From Ptychomitrium polyphyllum (lineage: Eukaryota), in contig OZ316775.1 of assembly GCA_973851085.1 (NCBI GenBank), positions 21,824,001-21,888,000 of the forward strand: a stretch of 64,000 nucleotides of DNA, given 5' to 3'. A program made the position numbers and the translations under genes. The number at the start of each line of letters is the position of its first letter. Positions within the stretch are counted from its first letter, which is position 1. Shown here in pieces: positions 1 to 13,746 of this stretch. The notes beneath the pieces are model-generated. The model saw nothing but the letters and a program-made list of their open reading frames with translations. It did not search any database and was not told the origin of the DNA.

Positions 1-49
1 TTTGATACAATGGCTGTGTACGTACAAGGCAGATTTTTAGTGCTGAGAA

Positions 50-1350
50 AATTTTGTCACCCAATGTGGTATTGGTTTCAATGATCACATCTGCATATTG
101 TACGCGGTCACTAGCTTGCACAATTATTCCCAGGAGGAAATGCTTACCTCAGCCTTCTTGAATGACGAAAGGGAGTCATGACCGTCAACTGCACAAAAAC
201 TCCAGAAGAGTGCTGCAATGAAGCAGGTAATGACCAGTCCAAGGGAATCCATTATGTCCTTGTGGCGTCAAGAATAGTTCAAGAGGTGCTGCAAAATCTA
301 GCAAGGATATATGATATTGCAGCCACCTACTCCAAAGACAACAGTAGACATACAATCATTCCTAGGAGCGTATTGTGCCGCAAATTTTCCTCTGAAGTTT
401 GCGCTATCATCTCTTCACAACTCGACAACGAGGAAACTACGTCACATACTTCTAAAAGTAGTCAGCACGCCTGCTGCTTCAATCGGAAATTTTTTCGAGC
501 AGTTGGAGGTTACTTACTGGATGCATATATTTGCTGAAACATTAAATTATTCTACGGTTGACTATTATCACCAGGCCTAGGTTCTGTACGCAATGCTGCA
601 TGCGGCATGTAAACTGTCTATTGTTCTTCGTCGAGCTTCAGGGGCAAGTATTAACATTCTCCATGTAGAACCTCCTATGTCGTTTTTGAATTGTTGATTC
701 TTTTCTTAAAATCTTTGTAGAACCCAACTTTTCTAAATCTAAACTTGAAATATGATAACACTCCTCCAAGGTCATGCACCATGTTTTTCAAAGTGTGGAA
801 GTCCGACAAGGCCCACGTGGGTGCTGATCTTGAAAAGGTCCACTTCTCGATAAGGGGAACACTGAACGTGCTACATGCGCTTTGAACTATATCTTTATCA
901 CCAGATTTTTTATTGGAAGAAAAAGTTTGAAACATATGAAACTTAGTAAATTTTTTTGTTGCAAGTCCAAGCAAAAAAGTCCACAAGCCGCTTTGTCAGG
1001 CTGATGTGAGCAATTACTGTACCGATATGCTTGGGGGCATGTGGAGAAGGACAACTTCTAAAAAGTGTTTGTCCTAAATGAAGTTCCAGTGGTCTCTAGA
1101 TTGGGTGCTACTGTGCAGTTTACTACAACACTACATCAACGCTACAAAATGCAATAGATTGTTCGTGTGCATTAAAGTATGGTGCACTTTTTTCCCACAA
1201 GTTGGAAACTATGCAGTTAGACTACAACAAGTGCAGATGGTCCTTCAGACAACAGTAGGGCAATCACTAAGTTTGGTAACATACTGGTAATCTAGACATC
1301 AACAATATTGCTTTGCAGATTACACTACCACACGGAATGGGTGTGGCTCA
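50..1350 (+). mobile_element. Degenerate Ty3/gypsy pol remnant (RT, RNase H, possibly integrase)
   Basis: PPTPKTTVDIQSFLG (323-367) resembles the gypsy RT connection motif WPTPKTxxxxQSFLG. FKVWKSDKAHVGAD (787-828) resembles the RNase H C-terminal F.I.YRPGK.H..AD. Frames are broken and boundaries approximate. Confidence 0.45.
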
Positions 1351-2249
1351 TGGGAACTGCCACAATCGGTATTATACGAATAATGATCTTACATCAACAT
1401 TCGCCACCAAAAGTACACCTAAATCTGTTCAATTACTCCAAACACGTTCAGAGCTAGTTAGATGTTCTTTATTTAGTATTCATTCTAGTACTGTTTCCTG
1501 TTAAAATTTTGGAAAACGCAACGAGAATAAACTTAGATCCAATTTATCCACTCCGTTCTATTCGGTAGTGCATACTTTATGTATTCCGTGTATTTTTGTC
1601 AATGAGCTTTGACTTTTAGGTGAAGGCTTTCTTCCATTCTTTTAGCCATTCTTTTAGCAGTAGCCAGATTAGCAACAATATCTTCTTCATTGCAGCTGGG
1701 GTCAACAACGTAAATTCCTTTCATCCATATGTATCTCTTGTTCTCATCCACATGTAACTTTCATCCAAATTTGGTAAAAACCTCAGAATAACAAAAACGA
1801 TTATTTATTATACTAATATGGAAACATAGGGAATTTCTAACCAAATGTTCCAAAAATACAATACTGAACATGTATAAGTTAATTTCAAGCTATAACAAAT
1901 TTGTTTAGAAAAATTTTAACTTAAAATTAAAATTAAAAAAGGAATAAAATCTATAAACAAATAGAATATAAATTTAAAAATTAACTGATCTCAAAAGAAA
2001 TTAGCATATATTAATTTTTAAATGATCAAGACTTTATTTGTTCAAATGTAATACTAGATTTAAACTATTATTAAGTGTCAATGGAATTACAATATATTAA
2101 TCTTTTTTATACAATGTTGTAATAGACTTTGTCATTAATCTAAAATCATGTGGCTTTAAATAATAAAAGACAATAATGCTTGATGATTTAAATATGATTC
2201 TAAAATTTAGCTAGAAGCATTTTAAAGCAAACAAAGCAATTTTTAATTA

Positions 2250-2900
2250 CATAGTTGTTCTAAATCATCTTAAGAATACATTGTAAAAAAAATTAATGTG
2301 CTTGGAATTAGCTTTGCAATGTCAAAAGATGTCTACACTTTCACTAAATAAAAGATGTTCAAATCCAAATTCATTTATACTAAGATATTTACTAAACTTC
2401 TTCAATATTCTTTTGTTGATGCAAAATGTTATTATAATTATTGAATTTGATAGGAAACTCACTCAAAAAATTCATATTGAATTTAGATACTAAAAAAGAT
2501 TTTAAAAAAATCCTCAAGATTTTGATTATTTAAAGATACAAATTTTGAAAATTAATGCCTTCAAATTTAATATCAAATTTGATTTAAATGAACCTTATTA
2601 GATTAAGATTGCATAAAAGCATGAATATAATATGATAACTTAGCTTACAATCTCTTTCAAATAAATGACACAATATTAGTCTAACAGTGGAATTGTATTT
2701 TTTAATGATAGAATTATATCTTTGGATGAAAGTGTCTACAAGAATTACTAAAGAATATTATAAAAATTGAGAATGGCTTTGTATACCTAATTCCTAAAAG
2801 TTAAAGGATTTAAATTTTGAATCATGAATAAATTCAATGTTTTTCTTGCTTGCATTTAATTACAATTTTCATCCATTTAAGGAGTTTTGGATTATTGTTC
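2250..2900 (+). mobile_element. Possible degenerate LINE (non-LTR) reverse transcriptase remnant
   Basis: SFILRYLLNFFNILLL (ORF 2296) followed after a frameshift by FILNLDTKKDF (~2471-2503) resembles the LINE RT pattern GFI.GR.I.DNILL...LLKLDFEKAFD. Very AT-rich and decayed. Confidence 0.3.
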
Positions 2901-3996
2901 AAATTGGCTACAAGTAGCACAACATAATCTTAAAATTAAATTGCTATGATATTAATTAAAGCTTGTGTAGATTATTATATAATTGGGTATTTGATAAAAT
3001 TCAATTTATTGGCATTTGAATACTTAAATTGATTCAAAATATTTAATTCTTTGTAAAATTGCAAGTATTGAATTCATTAAAGTCATAGAAGTGACTTTTG
3101 TACTGTTCTTCTATAGTAGTATATGCAAAGCATGATTAACATAGTTTATTTTTAATCCTTAAGGTACATTAATATACTTATGTTTCTTAACATTTACAAT
3201 ATAAAGTGACTTTAATTTATAACCAAATGTAGTGATGATAATCACTTCATTACATTCTTTAATCAAATGATTCTATACAACTTCTTACGTAGAACATCTA
3301 GCCACATTTTCTAAGTCTAGAAAATATATTTCAAAGTCTAGAAAATGTATTTCAAAGTCTAGCATTTAGTAATAGAAGTGGAATATTATTCCAAAAAATG
3401 TCATGCTACGTTCCATACAACAGGGTTCGGATGTAGAAGCAAGAAAAGTACACTTCATTGAGAGAAAAAAAAGTTCTTTCGTTGTGGTGGTAAACATACA
3501 TCGAGGAAATCTGAAGCGCTTTTCATTGATGCAGGAACAATGGCACCTTGTCCAGTGTCAGCGGCAGTGGTGGAGCTGCCTGGGCGAGTCCCTCACGGAT
3601 TCTACACACATTTCGTCACTGACGTTCGATATACTCAATCTTTGCTTAGCAATCTGGCTTTCACGGCCTCCTAAGAAGTTAAGGACCATGCTTTTGATGC
3701 CTTGTTTTGAATCAAACTATAACTTCATTTTTGTTATTACAGTTGTTCTAGCACAAAGAGAATAGTAGTTGAAGTCACTGGAAGCACGACCCGTCCTTTT
3801 TTATTAATATGGAAATAAGTTAGGGGGGGCCTGTTGATTTCTACTCAAAACTCCCATGATTACACCTGTAGGTCTTCCGAAGTTCTGCCCCATGAAGGTG
3901 AATCTTTCCTTTTTCCGCGGTCCAGGTGATGGCAGAATCGGGTTGTTATGGCATTTTAACCTAACTACGGCCACAAAATCTCTCCTCCCTGCTACT

Positions 3997-4692
3997 TCAC
4001 ACCGAAAATCTCTCAAAATCCTGCTTGTCTTCAGCCCGGAAAGGTTGACGTGTAAGTGACTTAGTCTTTGCAAAGTCCTTTTCTCGTGCACAATGGTAGA
4101 CAGCCTTCCTTATACTATCCTCTCCTTCGCTCTCGTTTCCTCCTCTCCGTTGGCTTCTGTCTTGCTGGTGACTTGTGTGCACGCGAGGTCTTCAACTGAT
4201 TTGTGGTCATTTTTAATTTCGTGTTGAGGCACTTCGAAGTTGTTTTCTTCTTCATGTACTCCTCTTCCACTTGGCGTCTGTGGTTGTTGTGATCAGGGTC
4301 CTGCTTGAGAAGACGAGAGAAATGACCCCGAAATTATTTGTTTCTGAAGTCGAGAACTAGTTAACACACACAAGGTTTTCTTCCGAAGTTTCAGAGTTGC
4401 TAAACACAAGCCGTTTCACACTGTTGTATAGCTTGATAAATTGGGGCAGACACTGTAAGTCAAACTCAACATTTTGTGGATCATGAGCTTGCGGAAACTA
4501 AATTTCGATTACTTGTGTCACTGTCATCTATATCAACTTTAATAGAAGAACCATCAACAGTGAAGATCACAATTTTGTTGCTAGTGATAGCCAGGGTATC
4601 AAGAGCACGAAGGCACTCTTCTGCAATATAATGCACACTTTCGTCTCCTTTACAAGTTAGATTTCATTTCACGCTCAAATTTTTTGGAGTGG
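3997..4692 (-). pseudogene. Coding-like remnant of unknown family
   Basis: Minus strand gives consecutive protein-like segments (TCKGDESVHYIAEECLRALDTLAITSNKIVIFTVDG..., HDPQNVEFDLQCLPQFIKLYNSVKRLVF...) broken by stops and frameshifts. No family recognised. Confidence 0.25.
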
Positions 4693-4961
4693 CTGCACAA
4701 CTATATTGATATACAAAATGACTCAAAGAATTGGCTACAGACTAACTTTGGTCAAACCAAACACCTAATTAAAGGCAATTTCCATGCGGCACAAAATTTC
4801 TCTGATGGAAAATCTGAAGTGCATGTTTTGCAAACCTTAAAAATATTTATCTACATCTATGTCCCTTCAGTAGCTGGCAACCTGTACGATCACCCATTTG
4901 AGTTCTAACAGGAAAAACTACGCAAAGAAAAGGAACACCTAACCAAACACACGTTCCAAAA

Positions 4962-7274
4962 TCATTCGTGATGCCTTGAGAGCTGGCTCTCTAAGTCTGC
5001 CCTTCGTCTGTGTAGTTCCTGAGACAAAATTCAACAAGACGCTCATAAGGACAATAATGATATAGGCTATACATGGTTTAGAAGTGTAAACAAATATAAG
5101 CTTGAGTAGCTCATGGCATCTAGATACGGGTACACACCGTTTCTTGTACGTCTTACATATAGAGACTTTCGGACACCAATTCAACAGTGAAGCCCGCTAA
5201 ATCCTCAAAGCAAGTCCGTATTCACCAACACTCCTCACGAAATCAAAATGGAAGCTGGTCTATTTCTTTTTAGTGCAATACTATGTATCCATGAGACATA
5301 AGAACATGTTTCCTAGCACACGAAACACCTGATAGTGTCTCCGGACACCTAAATGCACCTAAGGAACCTTCATGCTCAGCAGATCCTCAAAAATCAAAAT
5401 GAGTGCAGTAGCAAATATCAATTGCATTGGGACACCAACACCAGGAAGAAGGAATGACGTGTACCTCAAGGTCTCTCTTGGCTTGTAGATACCTGGTCCG
5501 CTTATTTAAATGGCTACGCTTTATGCGACCTAAACACAACAAACCCTGCATTGATCATACCATTTATTAGTGAGTAGGCTCTCCAGTTCATGACAGTCGA
5601 TGCACTGGTAACATAACATGATATGAGCTTGCCTATTGAGCAGCTCAATATTTGCAGAGCTGTCTGATCGTCATAAATATTGTAGCTATTGTGAATGGAG
5701 TACAATGGAAAATAATAATAAAACATGCACTAATCATATTCGTATTGGTATGTGGAACGAGAAACCAACTAATGACCTACCAAGCAACTTCAAATTGGGA
5801 GCTTATAGATGAATAATGGAACTGAAAAGTGCACTCACTGCTACACTATAGAGGATTCCACAGGCAAACAGCCACCAGCTGGCAATTTCGTGAAGCAAAC
5901 TCTCAGCTGGAGTCTCTCCACTCGCTCTTCTCAACACCCTCGTCAGAGCTGCCACACTGAAACCCATACGTCACGTCAGATACGGTATGAGCAAATCTGG
6001 TTGGATGATGCCTCTTTAATAAGATGACGCACACTGTCGTCACTTTAATTACTATAGCATAATCATCAATGTCGATGGAACTAAATCTGTCTCCCCTAAT
6101 CACAATCGAATGCCGAATCAAATGTACTGAAGGATAGTTGTAGATGTAAATGTGGACAGTTTCATCACTTACAGAATCTGGAAAAGACCGCGTCCTACCC
6201 AAAATTCCAATATCTGCCAGAACTTGCACAAAAAAATAAGTCATGTGCATGAAATTCCCAAGATGAACCCCTCTACCTTCCCCTACTATGTGTTGAAAGA
6301 CTCAGTAATTCTAACCCGGCGCATAAAAATGTAATGATCTCTGAGACCTACAATACAAAATCACTATTTTTGGTCTTATTACGATCATGCAAACACAAGC
6401 TCCAGAACAGGAAAAAGCACATGGTTTCATTTCAAATATAGATTTTTTGAGCAGAGCAAATCACGAGGCACGCACCCCCCAGAATCTGAAGAGAAGCTCC
6501 CACTCTGTCTCGGCCAGAATAACTAAAATTCCGATGGCTATTGTGTAAGAGCGTAAGATGCCGACGAAAACCTGAAACACAAAATATTAAGTGCCCGTTT
6601 AGGTCGTGCGGCAAAAGCTCAGACAAACAGAGATGGATGCTGAATTAGAGGCTGCTCTATTCCGTGTGCAATTGAAAAAATAAGACATGTTTCAAAAGAT
6701 GATAGGAGTATTTATATTCGCGTTCTTTTCTGTCTCCAATCTTCAAATATTGAACAACTCGACTCTAAATCAACTGTAAACTATTCTCGCAACCCTAAAA
6801 AAAATCCTGACCGACGACATGACCACAAGAGCTGGAAGCCCAAAGAACCGATGCCAATAAACCAGAAAAAAAGGGAAGTGAAGTTGAGGGACATACACTG
6901 ACGCGGTAGTCGAAGCCACGGTAGTCGAAAGATCGAAAGAGGGATATGGCATTCACAACCAGACATAACAACGTACCAACAGCAGTAACAGAGCTCAGCA
7001 CTCGGCACACATATATCAGCGGATCGTTTTCCGGAGGAGGCGCTGCAAGCAACACAGGCGGCAACTGGGTCTGCTCCGGAATGCCCTGGCTGGGATCGTA
7101 AAGGATGGCACCATTCTGAGCACCATTCTGCTGCAACAACGGCGTCTCCAAATCACTCGCAGAAGGAGCTGAAGGAGCTGCCGGCTCCGCAGCTCCCACC
7201 GGCTCCACAACGCCTTTCTCCCCCTTTACACTCCCCCCGTCCCTCAAATTCTCGAAGAAATCCAACGCTCCCAT
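4962..7274 (-). CDS. COPI-associated / Golgi membrane protein TVP15-like, ~256 aa, 6 exons
   Basis: Exons 7274-6897, 6571-6476, 6213-6173, 5956-5839, 5545-5465, 5018-4962, all GT-AG with consistent phases. Spliced product MGALDFF...DPLIYVCRVLSSVTAVGTLLCLVVNAISLFRSF...VFVGILRSYTIAIGILVILAETEWELLFRFWGILEFWVGRGLFQILVAALT...GLLCLGRIKR...ELHRRRADLESQLSRHHE* matches the plant COPI-associated family (AETEW, WxGRG motifs). Confidence 0.9.
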
Positions 7275-8370
7275 CGGTCTCACAGTCAGCTGATTGACGC
7301 TACCGCGAACTCGCACTCGCTCACCCACCCAAAGCTCCAACTTGTATCGAACCCAAACCTAAACCTATCAACTTGAAATCCCAGACTCAAACCCAAAGCT
7401 CCAACTCTTATCGAACACAACTCCAAAACTTTGAACTTGGAATCCCAAACTCAAACCCAAAGCTCGAACCCTCCAGTCGTTGCGAATCCACTCGCAACCT
7501 GAGTGCCGAAGCGCCACCTCAACGGAGAATTCCCGTGAATCCGCCAAATTCACAGGTCGCAATCCAAGTGCGATTTTCGACAAGTATCGGTCAAACAAAA
7601 CAGGGGCCCTAATACTCAAGACCGTCAAAGAACCCAAAATCAGCATCTTCGAAACGATTCATAGAACCGAGATACAAATATGTACAATTTCTACAAATAC
7701 ACACTTATCAGTACATCTGTGGTTTTGGGTAACCATACAGTGGATTTGGTATAATGACTATCTTGATCCGCGGAGCGCGAGAACCAGGATAGAACGGAAA
7801 GTTGGAGCGGTACTCTTCCTTCGAGAGGCCAACACCCAAAAGCGTCACCGCACACAAAGCTAACAAAGTGTAACAGAAGCTTTTAATTACGTCACAAAAT
7901 TCTATCTCGGAGGTAGACGGTGTCACTTTTAAATGTACTACTGCCTCTACGTGAGCACAGCTGGTCTGTGGATATGCAAAAAACGTGTTGGTCCGTGTCC
8001 CTGGAAAAGCTGCGCATTCGGACTAGGCTCGGTAGCTTCTCAGAAGCAGCCAGATGGCGGTTAAGTGTATCTCCACGTGGCCGACGCATTACATGGCTTT
8101 CTTCTGACACTTCATGTCTCGTTATCTGCCAGATAAGATGCAGACTTTGGGTCGTGTGCCATGTCAAGTACCGACCCTCGTGGAATTCTCAGTTCTACTG
8201 AATTCTTCTAACCATCTGAATTAAAGAGAATCAATCAAAAGTAGGATGCTCAAATTTTCCTAGTGTTAAATGTTGAAAACAGCGGAAGCGGAAGTTTCAA
8301 AGAGAGTAATGCTATCCATTACGAAGAGGACAATCACCTTCTCCCACTAAAGGAAGTTCTTTTTATAGAT

Positions 8371-8469
8371 GATTGTTTTATAAATGATTGTATTATAAAT
8401 GATTGTTTTATAAATGATTGTATTATAAATGATTGTTTTATAAATGACTGTTTTATAAATGATTGTTTT
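8371..8469. repeat. 15-bp minisatellite (GATTGT[T/A]TTATAAAT), ~6.6 units
   Basis: Directly visible tandem array; explains the spurious INDCF/INDCI ORF at 8263-8475. Confidence 0.95.
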
Positions 8470-8871
8470 GCTTAAATATTGACCCTAGGAATACATTTAA
8501 AATCATAAATGATTGGGTGAATTTTGGGCATATAGGAATCGATTTGGAAACTGCTTGAAAAACTTCAAAAATGCTCAATGTTTTAAACACCATACCCACA
8601 TCCACATATTCTACAAAAAATATATTTATCTCCCAAAGCACATCATACAATACATTTTAGATACTATTTGTGGCTAAAATGGAATTTAAAAGATAATTTG
8701 TAAATTTCCTATTTGAAGAGAACCCAACAAATAATCCTTGTATTCTACATATAATCTTGTAGTTTTGCTTCTAAAGTATCATCCTAAATTTATTTAACAA
8801 ATCCAAAATATCTTATATTCACTTAGAACAAATTATGTTTGAATTTTTACTTCGTGTTGAAATTGGTAAAG

Positions 8872-8877
<6 letters not shown>

Positions 8878-8935
<58 letters not shown>
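8878..8935. repeat. (TA)29 microsatellite
   Basis: Directly visible. Confidence 0.95.
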
Positions 8936-8940
<5 letters not shown>

Positions 8941-10896
8941 GTAGATTGAATTTGGATAAAGATATTTAAATCATCAAAACAAATGAAGCTACTAACTTGA
9001 ATAAATAGTGCATGAAATCATAAGGCATTGATAGTTTCTTATAACATTGTAACGTTGAAAAAGTATACATAATTCAATTACCTCCAAAGATAGGCTTTTA
9101 AAGAATATTACATGTTCAATCATTTTATTACAATAAAATTACATTGATTTTATCCAAAGCATGTGGCTTTTATGACATGTTGTACCAAGTTATGTCTTTA
9201 TGCAATATGTCCTGCATTGTTACAATTTTCTTACAAAAACATATTAACAATTACATTGCTTAAGTTTAAAACAAGTAAACTCAAATGTGAAAGAATTTAA
9301 AAGCATCCATACAAGACAAATTGGAATAGAGACATAATTGGAACAGCTAAATAGTAACCACGCAAGGACAAACAAAGGACTTGCAATTGTTGAAGGAGTT
9401 CCAGATTCTCATCTAAAAGAAATATGAAGGATTAGATTCAAAAAGCTCAATAGTTAATAAGAAAATAGTGAAGTCAATCGAGAGATAGCATTCCTATGTA
9501 TAGTAGATGAAAACTATTGAATAGGACAAAAATTGCATAGGGAAGCAATCCATTAAAAGTTGTTCAATTGTATTGTTGAAAATTGTAATCCAAATGGATT
9601 GAATTAGTAGGATAAAATTTAAAAGGTTTAAATGATAAAACATCAGTGCAAACAATTGAGGAGAACAAAACACCGCTTGTCATTAAACAAAATCAAATAG
9701 ACGTAATACAACAAAGATGATATTCATTGCATTTCTTTTGTTTCTTAATTTATATATATGATGTTGCCAATTGTTCTTTTTTATAAGTGTAAAATGATGG
9801 ATGAATTTGAATTTTTAAGTTTGTTTTCTAATGGAACTGATGATTATTACAATCCATAGGCTATAACCAAATGACATGTTTTCTTTGAGTTTATAGTTGA
9901 AAATAACAATTGGTTTTTTTAATGTTCAATAAAATTACTCAATTATTTTTTCATGGAATAGTTATAGTTAAACAAAGTTTGTTGTATTGGATTAATCTTA
10001 TTGTAAATTAAACACAGCAAAAAAAATTCTTCACCAACTCCAATAATACCATAGATATTACACTTCAACAACTATAGTAAAAACAACATTAGAATTTATA
10101 TGAAATCAATATTGTCTAATAAAAAATGGAATATTATTTGTCACTGAATAATGCAAAATAATGTATTTTTTAGATTCAAAATCTAAAAGCATTCAATATT
10201 TGATATTTAATTTGAATTCCATATCTTTCAATCTTTAAACTTAATCATAGACCTACTTATTAAAAGAAGTAAATGAAAATCTCCAAAATGTCAATTTGGA
10301 ACCATTTTAGGATAGTTTTAACAATTTGTACATTGAGAACTTGAATGTTTTATGATGTTACAACTTGTCATCTTATATCCTATTTATGATAGAACTCTAG
10401 GTAAGAGTTTCTATTATATAGAATCCAATTGCATAAAGATTTGACATGATAAACTACATGAGAACATAGAGTCTAGCGCAACCACATAGTAGCCTTATAA
10501 TCTCCTTACAAAATTCTTTTGTATTCTTAAAAGAGAACTCCACTAAAAAAAACATTATTCAATATACTACTTTCTTTTACAAATCTATTTTATCTATCTT
10601 CACTAATTTTAGGTATTCTTAGAATAAATTTGGTATAAAACCAAATCATGAAAAAAAAGATCTTATTAGAAAAAAACTTTATAATGCTAGAGTCATATTT
10701 GAATCTTTTAAAAATTCTAATCTATTGAATTACAAGGTGTGTTGTGTATCCAATGTTACAACCATTATTACATGTAGTAAACCATAATTTTTAAAGTCAT
10801 ATTTATGGCATGTTTATTCATTACTATAGGTCTATTGTAAAAATATTAGGGCTTTATTCATTGATTTGTTAATTTTAAAAGGTGAATACATACTTT

Positions 10897-10904
<8 letters not shown>

Positions 10905-10938
<34 letters not shown>
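10905..10938. repeat. (AT)n microsatellite
   Basis: Directly visible. Confidence 0.9.
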
Positions 10939-10940
<2 letters not shown>

Positions 10941-11627
10941 TTTATTTGAAATTCAATATCAAATGATTTTATGGATTCAAATGAGAATATCAAACAAAAG
11001 ATAATAATGGAGTTTTATGCAATATTCATTGTAATGGATTTTAATATTAGGTCTTTGAAATGACAATGTTTTTGACTTTTATATAATATTTAATATGTGG
11101 TAGTAAACTTTTGGCATTGAATCTTTACCTTAAAATGATAAATTTTATAACTTTAAAAATATAGATATATGTTCTTTTGAAGGTATTGTAAGCTATTAGA
11201 TATCTTTAATAAGAAGAAAAAAACTTTCCATTAATGTAAACTCAACTACAAGTATTGAAATTAAGCAATCATTTGATCTAAAAAAACCATTTGGACTATT
11301 CTACTCAACAATGATCAAACTTTCACATTTTCACTACCAATTAAGTTTTAACAAATGATAGTTTCAAAATATATCAACAATGGTATAGCTAACATTTTTC
11401 ATCTATACAAAGATCCTTGGACTTGAAAATTGACCTTTAAACCATGATTTTAATGCTTTCACAAGGAATACCCAATAAAAATACAATACTAAAAAATCAA
11501 TGCAACATATGATTTAAAATCAAATCCCATAAATACAAAAACCTTTGATTCTTACTAGTAAATAAGAATGGAAAAACATCTATTTTAGATTAAAAACTCA
11601 ACTAACATAGACTAAGACATTGGTATC

Positions 11628-12105
11628 TGTTAAAATATAAGAAACAAGAAGTAGAGACAAAGTGCTTTCCATAAATTAGCTTCTAAAGAGCTAATGATTA
11701 ACAAGAACTGATACAAAGACTAGAGCAAGGCAGGATACATTATGATCCACAGCTTGTGTTGGCAAGACTAAGGTATACCTTGTCTTGCTTCCTATTTATA
11801 CTATGACGCTTGTATCTCCTATCATACTTCTGAAGAAGCTTCCTACCAGGCTTAAGAATGTTCTAGAAGTCAATGGTATTATCCAAAGAAGTTACCCAAG
11901 AAAGTGCAACATCCCTAAGAAGTTTTCCAAAAATGCAAAACCTTCTTAAGAAGCCTTCCAAAGAAGTGGAAACCTTCCTAGGAAGTTTTTAAAAGAATTG
12001 GAACGGCTACGGAAGCATTGAAAGCATTCTAAGAAGCTACTATAATATACCAAAAGGTTCTAAAAGGTTCTAAAAGACTATGTTGCATGATCTATGTTTG
12101 TAGCA
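11628..12105 (-). mobile_element. Gypsy 3' LTR (family A) with adjacent polypurine tract
   Basis: Minus strand reads TGCTACAAACATAGATCATGCAACATAG...TAACA, homologous to the LTR at 27182. It is preceded on the minus strand by purine tract GAAGTGGGAAGTGA (12106-12119). Confidence 0.8.
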
Positions 12106-12674
12106 TCACTTCCCACTTCAGCAACGAGTCCCATGAGGAGCTCTTCTTGTGGCTTGCTCGTCACATCTCCACAAATTCCAAAATTTGTCAAAGCAGAGAA
12201 GCAACATATTTGGCTTATTGTTCTTTGTCCACTGATTCAACTAATCTTTGCAAGAAGCGTTGATGACCACCAGCCAAAACTTATGTTGTTGAAATGTCCC
12301 AGCTCAGGATTTTATCTTGAGTAAGTCCTTTAAAACATCTTCCAAACAAGATCTTTGGTCCTCTAAGTGTGGCGCTTCCAATTTTTAGTAAGATGACTAG
12401 AGCTTGAGTATTTAAACCAAGACTGGAATGTAAAAGGTGATTGACCAATACTTCTGCACAAGGTTGCACTCGATGTTGGAATGTTTCTCTCATATCTTGG
12501 CTTAGATCCTCTGTCACTAAAGTGAGAAAGTTGAGTTGGTTCAATAGGTACTGCTGTTGAAGAAAGCATGGCCAACTGTTCTTCACGCATATCCATGATA
12601 ACACAAAGATTTGACATACTAGCTAGGATCTAGAGATGATTTAGCTTGGAAATTTTGCTGCATACAATTGAAGT

Positions 12675-13575
12675 CCTAGCCTTTGATAGTTTAGCTTCTT
12701 CAACGGTCTTTTTTATTTGTATGTTTTGTCATAGGAGCCATACACTATCTCCAACCTTGAGCTTTGAATGGTCCTTCTGATAATGATCTGCATAAGTTTT
12801 ATACTGATTTTGAGTTTGTTGTAATCACAAAGCAAGTTTTTGGTGGATTTTAGCAAGTTGAACTGCAAAATCCTTTGCTGCAAGACTTCCAACATGCTTC
12901 ACTTGAAATGGCTTAGCTCAAGGGTGATGGCCATAGTTTGCAAAGAATGGAATTTGAGTTGTTGAAGAATGCATCGTAATGTTATAAGCAAACTCCGCCA
13001 AAGGTACGAGGTCCATTTAGTTGTCTTGCTGGTAGTTTATGTTGCCATGAAGGTATTGTTCCAAACTTTGATTCACACATTCGGTTTGACCATGAATCTG
13101 CGAATGGTGTGTTGAAGAAAGGTTGATCTTCATGCACAATAGCTAGAAGAAAATCTTCCAAAAGTTGGAAATGAATTGCGGCCTTCGATCGGATACAATT
13201 TCATTTGGTACTCCATGTATGCAATAGACGTGATTTAGGAACAACTTGGCAGGTTCTTCTCCTGTTACCATCTTGTTGCGGAGAATACAATACGCCATCT
13301 TGGTAAACCGATCTACCACTACCAAAATAGAATCCTTTGAATTGGAGTTTGGAAGGTTTGTGATGAAATCCATTGACGATGACAACCATGGACCCTTTGG
13401 CACTAGAAGCGGATGGGAGGGACTATGAGGTTGGTGTCTTGGTACCTTGAGCTTTGCGCAAGTGCTGCATGATCAAACAAAGTCCTTTACGTATTTCTAT
13501 ATTTGTGGCCACCTGTAGTTTCTAGCAATCAATTCCATTGTTCTATTAGATGTGAAATGCCATGTGGCTCGAACC
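12675..13575 (-). mobile_element. Ty3/gypsy (Tf2/chromovirus-like) integrase pseudogene
   Basis: GPWLSSSMDFITNLPNS..DSILVVVDRFTKMA...HGVPNEIVSDRRPQFISNFW, then HSQIHGQTECVNQSLEQYL...LAEFAYN, then KVGDSVWLL..NI..KRP.KKL: integrase core plus C-terminal domain, with stops. Confidence 0.9.
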
Positions 13576-13746
13576 TCATTAAGTTTTAATACGTGATGGT
13601 TTTTAAATATATCAATAATAGAGTAGCTAATACTTTATATCCAAACTAAAATCCTTGGTCTTGAAAATCGATCTTTTAGCCATGATTTTAAGGCTTTTAG
13701 TAGAGAATATTAAATAAAAGTATGACATCAAAATATCAATAATTTA

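Noticed and set aside
148..252. Minus-strand signal-peptide-like exon MDSLGLVITCFIAALFWSFCAVDG...AE|GTAAGC
   Set aside because: No convincing next exon within the window, and the plus strand carries gypsy-pol-like motifs. Cannot be excluded but is not supported.
8263..8475. 70-aa ORF with INDC repeats
   Set aside because: Translation of the 15-bp minisatellite.
8500..11300. Endogenous giant-virus or Harbinger Myb/SANT remnant
   Set aside because: Only vague motif resemblance; nothing diagnostic could be read by eye.
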